DNA of 64,000 nt from Acidocella sp. (GTDB taxonomy: Bacteria > Pseudomonadota > Alphaproteobacteria > Acetobacterales > Acetobacteraceae). The stretch lies in the NCBI GenBank assembly GCA_035493735.1, contig DATJHR010000119.1:3589-67588 (forward strand), in the 5' to 3' direction. Both the position numbers and the translations under genes were made by a program. Position 1 is the stretch's first letter, and each line of letters starts with the position of its first letter. Below, one piece after another: positions 10,631 through 21,171 of the stretch. Below the pieces are notes generated by a model that worked only from the letters and a program-made list of their open reading frames with translations, had not been told where the DNA came from and searched no databases.

Positions 10631-11128
10631 ATGAAATTCAAAGCATTGGGCGCTTTCGCCGGCCTTGCCCTGCTGGCAGCGTGCTCCACCACCCCGACGA
10701 CGAGCACCACTGCCACGGGCGCTGGTATGGCAAGCACCGGCGCGGCGCCGGGCGGCGAGCAGGATCTGGTGGCGAACGTCGGCGATCGCGTGTTCTACGC
10801 GTTCAACCGGTCCACCCTGAGCAACGACGCGGATGCCACCCTCAGCCGTCAGGCCGCCTGGCTTAAGAAGTACCCGAACGTGAACGTTCTGGTCGCCGGC
10901 AACGCCGACGAACGCGGCACCGAGACCTACAACCTGGCGCTCGGCCAGCGTCGTGCCAACCAGGCGCGTGACTACCTGGTTGCCCAGGGCGTCTCCCCCT
11001 CGCGCATCCAGACGGTCTCCTACGGCAAGGACTGCCCGGTTGCCGCCGGCAATGACGAAGCGGCCTACCAGCAGAACCGTAACGCGATCACCTCGGTGCA
11101 GGGCTTCAACCCGCAGAACTGCCACTAA
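10631..11128 (+). CDS. pal: Peptidoglycan-associated lipoprotein (OmpA family)
   Basis: Lipobox LAAC; GNADERGT.YNLALGQRRA; VSYGK. Confidence 0.93.
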   Translation: MKFKALGAFAGLALLAACSTTPTTSTTATGAGMASTGAAPGGEQDLVANVGDRVFYAFNRSTLSNDADATLSRQAAWLKKYPNVNVLVAGNADERGTETYNLALGQRRANQARDYLVAQGVSPSRIQTVSYGKDCPVAAGNDEAAYQQNRNAITSVQGFNPQNCH

Positions 11129-11171
11129 CATTTCCCGCACGCCGGCTTGATCGGCGTGTCGTCGTCCAGGC

Positions 11172-11212
11172 CGGCGGTACCTCGGGAACGAGGTGCCGCC
11201 GGTTTTGTTTTT
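11172..11212 (+). terminator. Intrinsic terminator after pal
   Basis: CGGCGGTACCTCG-gaa-CGAGGTGCCGCCG-type stem followed by GTTTTGTTTTT. Confidence 0.7.
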
Positions 11213-11266
11213 GCCCGTCAAAGGGATATAACCGGTTTTATGTCGTCCAAGCACCCGGAACCTTGC

Positions 11267-12175
11267 ATGCGCCCCCATTTTTTCGCCGTTGCCGCGTTCG
11301 CTGCCCTGCTGCCCTTCGCCGCTCATGCTCAGCCGATCGTGCAGAGCCAGGAGGGCATCGCGTTGGAAAACCAGATTCTGCAATTGCAGCAGCAGGTGCA
11401 GCAGTTGCAGCAGTCGCCGAATAACGGCGGCAATGGCGGGTCGGTCCTGGGCGGGGGGCAGGAGGCACCGCCGCCGTCCTCATCCGGCGCGGCGCCCGAG
11501 GGCGGCATGGTCGCCTCGTTGCTGAACCAGGTGTCCCAGCTGCAAATGCAGGTGCAGAGCCTGCACGGCGAGGTCGATACCCTGCAGAATCAGGTCAACA
11601 CCCAGCATGCCCAGACCGAACAGGAAATCGGGGATCTGAAATTCCAGATGACGAATGGCCAGGGCGGCCAGGGGCAAGCGGGCCAGGGACCGGCACCCGG
11701 CCAGGCCCCGCCACGCGGCCCGGCGCAGGAAGCGGCCATGCAGGCGCCGCGGGCGGCGAACAACCCGCCGCCGAGCCCGGCCGCCCCGGCCTCGCCGCGC
11801 GCTTTGCTGCGCACGGCGCAGCACGATTACGACCAGCATGACTTTGCCGGGGCCGAAGCTGCGTCCCGTGCCATCCTCGGCCATGCCGGCTCCAGCCCTG
11901 AAGCCTATCGCGCGCAGTTCCTGCTGGCCCAGTCGCTGGCGGCGCAAAACCGGCCGCAAGAGGCAGCGATCGCGTATGACAAGACGTACAATCTCAACCG
12001 TGCGGGTGCGGAAGCGCCGGCCTCGCTGCTCGGCCTCGCCCGCGCGTTGGCAGCGATCCATCAGAACGAGGCAGCCTGTCAGACATTGGCTTCGCTGAAC
12101 AGCCAGTTCCCCACGCTTCCCCAGGGCATGGACGCGCGGGTTAATGCCGTGCGGCATCTGGCGCGGTGTTCCTGA
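11267..12175 (+). CDS. Tol-Pal system protein CpoB/YbgF-like
   Basis: Signal peptide, coiled coil, C-terminal TPRs; lies between pal and tilS. Confidence 0.8.
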   Translation: MRPHFFAVAAFAALLPFAAHAQPIVQSQEGIALENQILQLQQQVQQLQQSPNNGGNGGSVLGGGQEAPPPSSSGAAPEGGMVASLLNQVSQLQMQVQSLHGEVDTLQNQVNTQHAQTEQEIGDLKFQMTNGQGGQGQAGQGPAPGQAPPRGPAQEAAMQAPRAANNPPPSPAAPASPRALLRTAQHDYDQHDFAGAEAASRAILGHAGSSPEAYRAQFLLAQSLAAQNRPQEAAIAYDKTYNLNRAGAEAPASLLGLARALAAIHQNEAACQTLASLNSQFPTLPQGMDARVNAVRHLARCS

Positions 12176-12214
12176 CCTGTAACGTCTCAAACCTGCCGTA
12201 CCGGGGATGAGCCG

Positions 12215-13381
12215 GTGACGGCTCTGCCGGACGCTTTCGCGACGGCGATGGCCCGGCTGGGCCCCTTTACCGCCGGGCCGCGTCTGGCCGTGGCGGTGTC
12301 CGGCGGCGCGGACAGTACCGCTCTGGCGCTACTTGCCCAGGATTGGGCGGCGGCGCGGGGCGGCGACATTCTGGCGCTGATCGTCGATCACGGCCTGCGG
12401 CCGACTTCGGCCATGGAGGCGGCGCTGACCGCTTCGCGCCTGCAAGGTTGCGGCATTGCCAGCCGGGTTCTGACCATTTCCGATCTGCACGGGCCAGGCT
12501 TGCAGGAGCGGGCCCGGACGGCGCGTTATGAAATTCTTGGGCGCGCCGCGCATGCGGCCGGACGGCCGCATCTCCTGCTCGGCCATCATGCCGCCGATCA
12601 GGCAGAGACCGTGGCGATGCGGGCCGCGCGCGGCACCGGCGGCGCTGAAGGCATGCCCGCCTGGTCCGCCCGCCACGATGTGATTTTGCTTCGGCCGCTG
12701 CTCGGCGTCATGCCGGACGCGTTGCGGGGCTATTTGCGCGCGCGCGGGATGGAATGGGTCGAGGACCCCTCCAACCTCTCGCGCCGTTTCGAGCGCGTCC
12801 GTTTTCGCCAGGACGGGGTCGCGCCGGCCGCTACCGCAGCCGTGGTGGCGGCGCGGCGGGCGCAGGAGACGGAGGCGGCCGCGTTTCTCGCCGAGGCTGC
12901 GACATTCTGGGGACAGGGATTTGCCCGGCTCGATGCGCCGGCCACGCCGCCCTTGGCGCTCGCCGCCCTGCTGCGGAGCATCGGCGGCGCAACGCACAAG
13001 CCGCGCCAGGCGGCGGTGGCGGCCCTGGCGAAAAAGCTGCGCCCGGCGACGCTGGGCGGCGTGCGCATTCTGGCGGCGGGCCGGTTAGGTTCCGGTTGGC
13101 TGCTATGCCGCGAGCCCGCCGCCTGCGCGCCGCCCACGGAGGCTCGCGCAAGCGTGATCTGGGACCACCGTTTCCGGCTGGACATGCAGCCCCCGCCGGG
13201 CAGCTGGGTTGGTGCACTCGGGGCGGATGCCGCGCAGTTTCGCAAATTCAACGGCTTGCCAACGATTGTGTTGCAGACCATGCCGTGCTTGCGTGGGCCC
13301 GGTGAAGCGGCGCTGATGTTTCCGGTCCAGGCGCAATTTTTGCCACCTGCTCCTGTTACATCCCTCCCATTCTTTGGCTGA
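12215..13381 (+). CDS. tilS: tRNA(Ile)-lysidine synthetase
   Basis: AVSGGADS PP-loop, VDHGLR, HHAADQAET, EDPSN. Confidence 0.93.
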   Translation: MTALPDAFATAMARLGPFTAGPRLAVAVSGGADSTALALLAQDWAAARGGDILALIVDHGLRPTSAMEAALTASRLQGCGIASRVLTISDLHGPGLQERARTARYEILGRAAHAAGRPHLLLGHHAADQAETVAMRAARGTGGAEGMPAWSARHDVILLRPLLGVMPDALRGYLRARGMEWVEDPSNLSRRFERVRFRQDGVAPAATAAVVAARRAQETEAAAFLAEAATFWGQGFARLDAPATPPLALAALLRSIGGATHKPRQAAVAALAKKLRPATLGGVRILAAGRLGSGWLLCREPAACAPPTEARASVIWDHRFRLDMQPPPGSWVGALGADAAQFRKFNGLPTIVLQTMPCLRGPGEAALMFPVQAQFLPPAPVTSLPFFG

Positions 13382-13494
13382 AGGCAATTTATTTGTACTG
13401 TGCTGGGAATTCAGTGCAGAGTGCTTACATCATGATCAATTCAAAGCCGCAAACCTGTGGTGGCGTCTGTATGAAAGAATTGGATAGAGGCTAG

Positions 13495-15408
13495 ATGAAT
13501 AATCTTGGTCGAAATATTGCCCTCTGGGTTGTGGTCGCGCTGTTCCTGGTCGTCCTGTTCAACGTCTTTCAACCGTCCACCACCACGCCCAACGCCACGC
13601 CGGTCGCTTATTCCAGCTTCCTGGATGAGGTGAAGAACGGCCAGGTGCAGGATGTCACGATTGCCGGCCATGACATCACCGGCACCACGAAGGACGGCAA
13701 GAACTTCGAGACCTATACGCCGAACGATCCGTCCCTGGTCAGTCAGCTCGTGGCCGCGAACGTGCATGTCGAGGCTCGGCCGGAAGGGGATACGATGAAT
13801 CCCTTCCTTAAGGTGCTGATCTCCTGGGCGCCGATGCTGCTGCTGATTGGGGTGTGGATCTTCTTCATGCGGCAGATGCAGTCCGGTGGCGGCCGCGCCA
13901 TGGGCTTCGGCAAGTCCCGCGCCCGCCTGCTGACCGAGAAACAAGGCCGCATCACCTTCGAGGATGTCGCCGGCATCGATGAGGCCAAGGGCGAATTGCA
14001 GGAGATTGTGGAATTCTTGCGCGACCCGCAGAAATTCCAACGCCTGGGTGGCAAAATTCCGAAAGGCTGCCTGCTGGTCGGCCCGCCCGGCACCGGTAAG
14101 ACGCTGCTGGCCCGCGCCATCGCGGGTGAGGCGAACGTGCCGTTCTTCACCATCTCCGGCTCGGATTTTGTGGAAATGTTCGTGGGCGTCGGCGCCTCCC
14201 GTGTGCGCGACATGTTCGAGCAGGGCAAGAAGAATGCGCCGTGCATCATTTTCATCGATGAAATCGACGCGGTCGGCCGTCATCGCGGCGCCGGCCTCGG
14301 CGGCGGCAATGACGAGCGCGAGCAGACCCTGAACCAGATGCTGGTCGAGATGGACGGGTTCGAAAGCAATGAGGGCGTGATCCTCATCGCCGCCACCAAC
14401 CGTCCCGATGTGCTTGATCCGGCCTTGCTGCGTCCCGGTCGCTTCGATCGTCAGGTCGTGGTGCCGAACCCGGATGTGATGGGCCGTGAGAAAATCCTCA
14501 AAGTGCACATGCGTAAAGTGCCTTTGGCCTCCGACGTGGATCCGAAGACCATCGCGCGCGGCACCCCCGGCTTCTCCGGCGCCGACCTTGCCAACCTGGT
14601 CAACGAGGCGGCGCTGCATGCGGCCCGCATCGGCAAGCGCGTGGTTGCCATGGCCGAGTTCGAACACGCCAAGGACAAGGTGATGATGGGCGCCGAACGC
14701 CGCTCCATGGTCATGTCCGACGATGAGAAGCGCATGACCGCGTATCATGAGGGCGGCCACGCGATCTGCTCGATCACCTTGCCGGAATGCGATCCGGTGC
14801 ACAAAGCCACCATCATCCCGCGCGGCCGTGCGCTGGGCATGGTGATGTCGCTGCCTGAGGGTGATCGTTATTCCACCAGCAAGGCCAAGCTGCTGCAGCA
14901 GCTGATCATGGCCATGGGCGGCCGTGCCGCGGAAGAGATCGTCTTCGGTCCGGACAAGGTTTCCAACGGTGCGTCCGGTGACATCAAGATGGCGACCGAC
15001 ACCACCCGCCGCATGATCACCGAATGGGGCATGTCAGAAAAACTCGGCATGATTTCGTACGGCGATAACGGCCAGGAGGTGTTCCTCGGCCACTCCGTGA
15101 CGCAGAACAAGAACGTGTCCGAAGCCACAGCCCGCGAGATCGACAACGAGATCAAGGCCGTGATCGACCACGCTTATGCCGAGGCCAAGCGCATCCTCAC
15201 CGAACGCCGGGAGGATCTGGAGGCGCTGGCCAATGGCCTGCTGGAATATGAGACGCTCTCGGGCGATGAGATCCAGCAGGTGCTGCGCGGCGAAAAGATC
15301 GTCCGCAAGGTGGTCGACGAGCCCGCTGCCGACAGGAGCCGCGCTTCGGTGCCGACTTCCGCGCCGCGTCCGGACCTGCCGGGCGGACTGGGACCGGTGC
15401 CGGCTTAA
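13495..15408 (+). CDS. ftsH: ATP-dependent zinc metalloprotease FtsH
   Basis: GPPGTGKT Walker [16 protein letters not shown] zinc motif. Confidence 0.98.
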   Translation: MNNLGRNIALWVVVALFLVVLFNVFQPSTTTPNATPVAYSSFLDEVKNGQVQDVTIAGHDITGTTKDGKNFETYTPNDPSLVSQLVAANVHVEARPEGDTMNPFLKVLISWAPMLLLIGVWIFFMRQMQSGGGRAMGFGKSRARLLTEKQGRITFEDVAGIDEAKGELQEIVEFLRDPQKFQRLGGKIPKGCLLVGPPGTGKTLLARAIAGEANVPFFTISGSDFVEMFVGVGASRVRDMFEQGKKNAPCIIFIDEIDAVGRHRGAGLGGGNDEREQTLNQMLVEMDGFESNEGVILIAATNRPDVLDPALLRPGRFDRQVVVPNPDVMGREKILKVHMRKVPLASDVDPKTIARGTPGFSGADLANLVNEAALHAARIGKRVVAMAEFEHAKDKVMMGAERRSMVMSDDEKRMTAYHEGGHAICSITLPECDPVHKATIIPRGRALGMVMSLPEGDRYSTSKAKLLQQLIMAMGGRAAEEIVFGPDKVSNGASGDIKMATDTTRRMITEWGMSEKLGMISYGDNGQEVFLGHSVTQNKNVSEATAREIDNEIKAVIDHAYAEAKRILTERREDLEALANGLLEYETLSGDEIQQVLRGEKIVRKVVDEPAADRSRASVPTSAPRPDLPGGLGPVPA

Positions 15409-15580
15409 AGGCGCAAGGAAGGCAAGGGGCTCCGCCCCTTGACCCCGCCGGGGCCGGGAGGCCCCGGACCCCAGAACTTAAAACGGCGCCTGTTGGCGCC
15501 GTTTTGCTTGAGCGCCAATGGGCCAAAGGACAAAAAGTTTTTGCGCCGCTTTTTTCAAAAAGCGGCCACTTCCTCCTTTA
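15406..15580 (-). repeat. Chimeric palindromic element, copy 2 (standard GCCGC arm plus a different GC-rich arm)
   Basis: Right part AAAGTTTTTGCGCCGCTTTTTTCAAAAAGCGGCCAC; left part has hairpins CAAGGGGCTCCGCCCCTTG, CCGGGGCC..GGCCCCGG, AAAACGGCGCC..GGCGCCGTTTT. Confidence 0.85.
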
Positions 15581-15582
15581 CG

Positions 15583-16362
15583 TCAGGCCGTGGGAAACGC
15601 CTGATTACGGACCTCTTCGGCGTAGCCGGAAATCGCCTTCTGGATCAGCTTCGCGCCCTCCAGATAGGCCTTGGCGAAGGCCGGAACATGGTCCTGGTTC
15701 AGGCCCAGCACGTCATGTAGCACCAGCACCTGGCCGTCCGTGCCGGGTCCGGCGCCGATGCCGATGGTCGGCACGGCGAGGCGCTGCGTGATGTCGCTGG
15801 CGAGCGGCGAGGGGATGGCCTCCATCAGCACGATGCGCGCGCCGGCCTCGGCGAAAGCGACTGCGTCCTGCAGTAGCCGCGCCGCCGCCTCCGGCGTCTT
15901 GCCCTGGCGCTTGAAGCCGCCGAACTGCCGTACATGCTGCGGCGTCAGCCCGATATGGGCGCAGACCGGCACCGCCCGCGCCGAGAGATAGGCCACGGTC
16001 TCGACCATGGCCTCGCCGCCTTCCAGCTTCACGATGTCGGCGCCGGCCTTCATCAGCCGCGCGGCGCTGGCCAGCGCCTGGGCCGGGCTTTGCTCGTAGC
16101 TGCCGAACGGCAGGTCGGCCATCAACAGCGCCTTTTGCACGCCCTTGGCGACGATCTTGGTGTGGTATTCCATCTGTTCCAGGCTGACGCGCAGCGTGTC
16201 GGCGTCGCCGGCCACCACCATGCCAAGCGAATCGCCGACCAGAATCGCATCGATCCCCGCCGCGTCTGCCATCCGCGCGAACGGATAGTCATAGGCAGTG
16301 ATCATGGTCATCTTGCGACCATCGCGTTTGGCTTTGTCCCAAACGCCAAGGTTCTTACTCAT
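15583..16362 (-). CDS. panB: 3-methyl-2-oxobutanoate hydroxymethyltransferase
   Basis: TAYDYPFA, LVGDSLG, KLEGG, HIGLTPQ, GIGAG..DGQVLV. Confidence 0.96.
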   Translation of the reverse strand: MSKNLGVWDKAKRDGRKMTMITAYDYPFARMADAAGIDAILVGDSLGMVVAGDADTLRVSLEQMEYHTKIVAKGVQKALLMADLPFGSYEQSPAQALASAARLMKAGADIVKLEGGEAMVETVAYLSARAVPVCAHIGLTPQHVRQFGGFKRQGKTPEAAARLLQDAVAFAEAGARIVLMEAIPSPLASDITQRLAVPTIGIGAGPGTDGQVLVLHDVLGLNQDHVPAFAKAYLEGAKLIQKAISGYAEEVRNQAFPTA

Positions 16363-16841
16363 GAATTTACTCCATCCCATAATAGCTGCAGGGCATATAA
16401 GGTGCTGGCGGCGCGGATGGCCTGGCGATCGCCGGGGAACAGCTTGTGGTGGGTGAAAACCTGCCCATCCGCGGCGGCCAGCCCGAACCAGACCGTACCG
16501 ACCGGCTTTTCCGGGCTGCCGCCATCCGGCCCGGCGACGCCGGTGACCGAAACCGCCGCATCCACCCCGGCTCGTTGCTTGGCGCCTTGGGCCATGTGCC
16601 GCGCCACTTCCTCCGACACCGCCCCAACGGAAGCGATCAGCGCCGCCGGCACGCCCAGCAGCTCGCTTTTCGCTTCGTTGGAATAGGTGACGAAGCCACG
16701 GTCGAACGCCGCGGATGAGCCGGGCACCGAGGTAATGGCCGCGGCGACCATGCCGCCCGTGCAGCTTTCCGCGGCCGCCAAGGTCAGCCCCTTCGTGCGG
16801 CAGTGCTGCACCAGCTTGGCCGCGAGGGTCTCGGCGCTCAT
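16359..16841 (-). CDS. CinA/PncC family NMN deamidase
   Basis: AESCTGG, VTYSNEAK, GVAGPDGGS.EKPVGTV. Confidence 0.92.
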   Translation of the reverse strand: MSAETLAAKLVQHCRTKGLTLAAAESCTGGMVAAAITSVPGSSAAFDRGFVTYSNEAKSELLGVPAALIASVGAVSEEVARHMAQGAKQRAGVDAAVSVTGVAGPDGGSPEKPVGTVWFGLAAADGQVFTHHKLFPGDRQAIRAASTLYALQLLWDGVNS

Positions 16842-17284
16842 AGCGGCCACACCAAGCGGATCAGGAGCAAAAGAATCGCCGCGGCGATTCCGGCCAGCCA
16901 GTCATCGCCCATGACGCCCCAGACATCGTGGCGGCCGTCCACCCAGCCGATCGGGCCGGGCTTGGAGATGTCGAAAAAGCGGAAAGCGATGAAGGCCAGA
17001 ACCAGTCCAGCGGGCGAGACATGCGGCAGCGCCAGCAGCGCGATCATCTGCCCGGCGATTTCATCGATGACGATCCAGCCCGGATCGGCCTGTCCTTCAT
17101 TGAGCGCAGCAATCGACCATAGGCCGGCCATGCTGGCCACGAGAATGCCGGCCACCAGAAACAGGTGGCCCGCAGTGAGGAGGGTGGCGCCGATGAGCAA
17201 GCCGACCACGGACCCCGCCGTGCCCGGCGCGGCTGGTGCATAGCCGGCGCAAAAACCGCTCGCGAGCAAGCGCGGAATTGTCAT
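16838..17284 (-). CDS. pgpA: Phosphatidylglycerophosphatase A
   Basis: APGTAGS, DPGWIVIDEIAG, FRFFDISKP, VMGDD. Confidence 0.9.
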   Translation of the reverse strand: MTIPRLLASGFCAGYAPAAPGTAGSVVGLLIGATLLTAGHLFLVAGILVASMAGLWSIAALNEGQADPGWIVIDEIAGQMIALLALPHVSPAGLVLAFIAFRFFDISKPGPIGWVDGRHDVWGVMGDDWLAGIAAAILLLLIRLVWPL

Positions 17285-18870
17285 TTCTGCATCCAGCGCG
17301 TCAGCGGGTCGTCCGTCGAGCCATGCAGCAGGGCCTGGTAGACGACAATGCTCTCGACCACGCGCTGCACGTAATTGCGGGTCTCGGCGAAGGGAATTTC
17401 CTCGATCCAGTCGATGATATCGGCGCCGCCGGCACGACTGCCAAGCTCGGGGTCGCCGTTGGTGGCTAGCCAATGGGCGACATTGGTGGGGCCGGCATTA
17501 TAGGCGGCGATGGCGAGCGGCAGGCACTCGCCGAAATCATTGATCAGCCCATCGAAATAGGCGCTGCCGATTCGCATGTTCTCCTGCGGATCGAAAAGAT
17601 TGCCGCGATACGGGATGCCGTCGTGGTGGGCGGTGTGCCGCGCCGTGGCCGGCATCAGTTGCATCAGCCCGACCGCGCCAGCGCCGGAGACCACATTCGG
17701 ATTAAAGCTGCTTTCCTGGCGCATGATGCCGTAAATGACGGCCGAGGGCAGGTCTGCCGGCGGGTCGACAGGCATCGGCCAGCCTTGCCGCACCAGCATT
17801 TGCCCGGCGACGCCGGCGGTTCGCGCGATCGATACGGCGCTCGAGGGCAGGCCAAGCCCCAGCGCCAGCCGGGCCGCCAGCTCCCGGGTCCGATCATCCG
17901 CAGCGACCACGCCGATCCGGTTGAGAAAGATTTGCGCATCCCGCGGGTCGTTCATCTGCATCAGCAGCACTGCGGCGCGCGGCAGCTCCATCATGGCGAA
18001 ATCCAGCACCTGCCGCGCCGTGAAGGATGGCTCGCCGGCGTGAAGAATCCGCGCTGCGAGCTGTTGCGGCGTGTCGCCAAGCGCCAGGGCGGCGAGCTGT
18101 CCGTAATAGGTATCGGGATACTGCGCGGCCCGGGCGTAATCGGCCTGCGCCGTGGCGCCGGTCTCGCTGCGCCCCAGCCAATACCAGGCGCGCGCCTGGG
18201 TGATCACGGCGGTGGAGGAGCTTGCGAGGTCCGTGAACCAGGTCGCTGCTTCCTGAGGCTCATGCAGGAAGCGCAGGAGTAAAAAACCGGCGAGAAAATC
18301 ACGGTCGGCGATTTGTTCACGCGCCTGCGCCCCGGCAATCGGCGGGTCCACGGCAATCACCACCTTATAGGCATCCTTGGCATCGCCGGCGGCGAGCAGG
18401 TCGCGGGCCAGCGCGTTCTGCGCGGGCCAGAACATCAGCCGCTGGCCGGCATCGGCCGCGGCGGCGGCCGCCTTGCCCTGCGATGCCCACAGCTGGGCGG
18501 CGGCCTGGTCTTGCCCCGCCTCGTGCAGCGCTTCGACCTGCTGCAGGAACGCTGGTTTCACTTCCGGAACTTGCCGCGGGACAATCCCTTCCGCCTGTTG
18601 TTCGCGCAGAGCCAGCAGCCCCTGTTCCGGCCAGTCCGGATTCTGCGCGATGAAGGCCCGGATCTCATCCGCCGTGCCGCCGCCTGGATCGAGCAGGCGG
18701 AAGAAAGTTACCAGCTTTTGTGTCAGCGGATCGCCGGTGGCCGCCGCCAGGGCGGAGGCGGCGTTGAAATTCCCGGCATACACATCGGTCATGATTTGCG
18801 GGGACGCAGGACCCTGCGCCCAGGCCAGGGCGGGCAGAGCAGCGAACAGCAGGACGCCAAGAATTTTCAT
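17281..18870 (-). CDS. Soluble lytic transglycosylase (SLT domain)
   Basis: RQES, GLMQLMP.TA, AAYNAGP, ETRNYVQRV. Confidence 0.92.
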   Translation of the reverse strand: MKILGVLLFAALPALAWAQGPASPQIMTDVYAGNFNAASALAAATGDPLTQKLVTFFRLLDPGGGTADEIRAFIAQNPDWPEQGLLALREQQAEGIVPRQVPEVKPAFLQQVEALHEAGQDQAAAQLWASQGKAAAAAADAGQRLMFWPAQNALARDLLAAGDAKDAYKVVIAVDPPIAGAQAREQIADRDFLAGFLLLRFLHEPQEAATWFTDLASSSTAVITQARAWYWLGRSETGATAQADYARAAQYPDTYYGQLAALALGDTPQQLAARILHAGEPSFTARQVLDFAMMELPRAAVLLMQMNDPRDAQIFLNRIGVVAADDRTRELAARLALGLGLPSSAVSIARTAGVAGQMLVRQGWPMPVDPPADLPSAVIYGIMRQESSFNPNVVSGAGAVGLMQLMPATARHTAHHDGIPYRGNLFDPQENMRIGSAYFDGLINDFGECLPLAIAAYNAGPTNVAHWLATNGDPELGSRAGGADIIDWIEEIPFAETRNYVQRVVESIVVYQALLHGSTDDPLTRWMQK

Positions 18871-18977
18871 AAGTGCCGTTCTAGCAGGCCCTGGGTTGCA
18901 GGCCATCCCCCGCAGGATTACGTGGTGTTGTACGCGCGCAGGGCCGGGAGGGCCGGTGCCTGTCATGGGGAAAAGCA

Positions 18978-19856
18978 ATGTTTCACGGATCTCTGACCGC
19001 TTTGGTGACGCCGATGCATGCCGACGGGCGCATTGATGAAGACGCTTTGGCGCGTCTGATCGACTGGCAAATCGCCGAGGGCACGCAGGGACTCGTTCCG
19101 GTCGGCACGACCGGCGAATCGCCGACCCTGTCGCACGAGGAACATGAGCGCGTGGTCGAGCTGACCATCGCCAAGGCGAAGGGCAGGGTGCCGGTGATTG
19201 CCGGTGCCGGTTCCAACTCCACGGCCGAGGCGATCAGCCTGGCGGCGCACGCGCAGAAGGCCGGTGCCGACGCCGTGCTGGTTGTCACGCCCTATTACAA
19301 CAAGCCGACCCAGGAAGGCCTGTACCGTCATTTCAAGGCGATCATCGATGCTACCGACATTCCGGTGATCATTTACAACATTCCTGGCCGTTCGGTGGTC
19401 GATATGTCGGTTGAGACCATGGCGCGGCTGGCGCAGGAGAAGAACATCGTCGGCGTGAAGGACGCGACTGCGAACCTGACCCGGCCGCTGCACACCACCC
19501 GCGCCTGCGGGGCCACCTTCAACCAGCTTTCCGGTGAGGATCATACGGCCCTTAGTTTCCTCGCCGCCGGCGGGCATGGCTGCATCTCCGTCACCGCCAA
19601 TATCGCGCCGCGGCTCTGCGCCGAGATGCATGCGGCCTGGGCCAAAGGTGAAATCGCCCAAGCGATGGCGATCCAGCAGCGTCTGGTGCCGGTGCACGAT
19701 GCGATGTTCGTCGAGACCAATCCCGGCCCGGTGAAATACGCGGCCTCGCTGCTCGGCTTCGGCACCGCCACCAGCCGTCTGCCGGTGGCCCCGGTCAGCG
19801 CCGCCACCGCCGAGAAGGTGCGCGCGGCGATGAGGGAAGCAGGATTGCTGAATTGA
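18978..19856 (+). CDS. dapA: 4-hydroxy-tetrahydrodipicolinate synthase
   Basis: GTTGES, PYYNKP, YNIPGRS, GVKDA. Confidence 0.97.
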   Translation: MFHGSLTALVTPMHADGRIDEDALARLIDWQIAEGTQGLVPVGTTGESPTLSHEEHERVVELTIAKAKGRVPVIAGAGSNSTAEAISLAAHAQKAGADAVLVVTPYYNKPTQEGLYRHFKAIIDATDIPVIIYNIPGRSVVDMSVETMARLAQEKNIVGVKDATANLTRPLHTTRACGATFNQLSGEDHTALSFLAAGGHGCISVTANIAPRLCAEMHAAWAKGEIAQAMAIQQRLVPVHDAMFVETNPGPVKYAASLLGFGTATSRLPVAPVSAATAEKVRAAMREAGLLN

Positions 19857-20338
19857 CCGGTAGTGCCAAGTCCAAGTCGGGTTACATCTCGCACGGCATC
19901 GCCTCGCAGAACCGCAAGGCGCGGTTCGACTATAAGATTCTCTCCACGGTCGAGGCCGGCATCGTACTGAGGGGCGTAGAGGTGAAATCGCTGCGCCTCG
20001 GCCGCGCCACGCTCACCGAGGCCTGGGCCGGCGAGCGCGACGGCGAGCTTTATCTCTTCAACGCCTATATTCCGGAATACCAGAACGGTGTGCTGTCGCG
20101 CTTCGATGTGCGCGGCGCCCGCAAGCTGCTGGTCAAGAAGAAGGAACGGGGCCAGTTGCTCGGCGCGGTCGCCCGCGAGGGCGCGACGCTGGTGCCGCTC
20201 GACATCCATTTCAATGAGCGCGGTCTGGCGAAAGTTACGCTCGGCATCGCCGAAGGTAAGCAGAAGCACGACAAGCGGCAGGCGGTCGCGGCGCGGGATT
20301 GGCAGCGGGATAAGGCTAGGCTGCTGCGTAACAGGTAA
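19853..20338 (+). CDS. smpB: SsrA-binding protein
   Basis: NRKARFDY, EAGIVL.G.EVKSLR, GKQKHDKR. Confidence 0.96.
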   Translation: MTGSAKSKSGYISHGIASQNRKARFDYKILSTVEAGIVLRGVEVKSLRLGRATLTEAWAGERDGELYLFNAYIPEYQNGVLSRFDVRGARKLLVKKKERGQLLGAVAREGATLVPLDIHFNERGLAKVTLGIAEGKQKHDKRQAVAARDWQRDKARLLRNR

Positions 20339-20477
20339 AAAAGAAAGTGGCCGCTTTTTGAAAAAAGCGGCGCAAAAACTTTTTCGACGCTGGGCCTGAG
20401 GCGCTGAAACCAGCACGGCCCAAGTTTAAAAAAGTTTTTTGCTTCTTTTTTTCAAAAAAGAAGTGCTTTCTTTCTTA
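20336..20477 (+). repeat. Palindromic element, copy 3 (centre type A)
   Basis: Same three-hairpin layout between the smpB TAA and the UDG TAA. Confidence 0.95.
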
Positions 20478-21149
20478 AGCGGCTGTGCCGATAAAATCCC
20501 TGATCTCACCAACAACTTCTTCGAACATGTCCTGGGTGAGTCGGCGCGTGCTCGTGTTGTAACGCGAGACATGATAGCTGTTGAACAGCCGCACGCCGCC
20601 TGTTTCATGCATGGCGCCATGGGCGAATTTATGTGCCGCGGCACGTGCGCCCAGCGCGCGCAGGCTCATCAGATGCGCGACGGTGCCCAAGGTGAGGATG
20701 GCGCGCAGGCGCGGCATGGCCGCGATTTCCGCTTTGAGGAACGCGTTGCAGCTTTTATTTTCCGCCGGCGTCGGCAGATTCTGCGGCGGCACGCAGCGCA
20801 CCGCATTGGTGACGCGGCAGTTGTGCAAGCGCAGCCCGTCATCTGGCCGCTCCTGATAATCGCCGGTGGCGAAGCCGAATTTGATCAGCGTGTGATAGAG
20901 CAGCAGGCCGGCATAATCGCCGGTGAAGGGACGGCCGGTGCGGTTGGCACCGCGCACGCCGGGCGCCAGGCCGACGATCAGAAGTTCCGCGTCCAGCGCG
21001 CCGAAACTCGGTACCGGCGCATTATGCCAGGCCGGTTCCTTGGCCCGATTTTCCGTGCGGTAGAGGACCAGACGCGGGCATAAGCCGCAATCCCGGCCCG
21101 GATTTGTCAGCGCCGCAGGCGCGGCGACATGGCTTGTGATTTCTGGCAT
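20475..21149 (-). CDS. Uracil-DNA glycosylase (family 4/5)
   Basis: C..CPRL, GLAPG..GANRTGRPFTGD, RCVPPQN.P, YHVS.YN. Confidence 0.9.
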   Translation of the reverse strand: MPEITSHVAAPAALTNPGRDCGLCPRLVLYRTENRAKEPAWHNAPVPSFGALDAELLIVGLAPGVRGANRTGRPFTGDYAGLLLYHTLIKFGFATGDYQERPDDGLRLHNCRVTNAVRCVPPQNLPTPAENKSCNAFLKAEIAAMPRLRAILTLGTVAHLMSLRALGARAAAHKFAHGAMHETGGVRLFNSYHVSRYNTSTRRLTQDMFEEVVGEIRDFIGTAA

Positions 21150-21171
21150 TTCAGAGCTGCTGCGACCGCGA

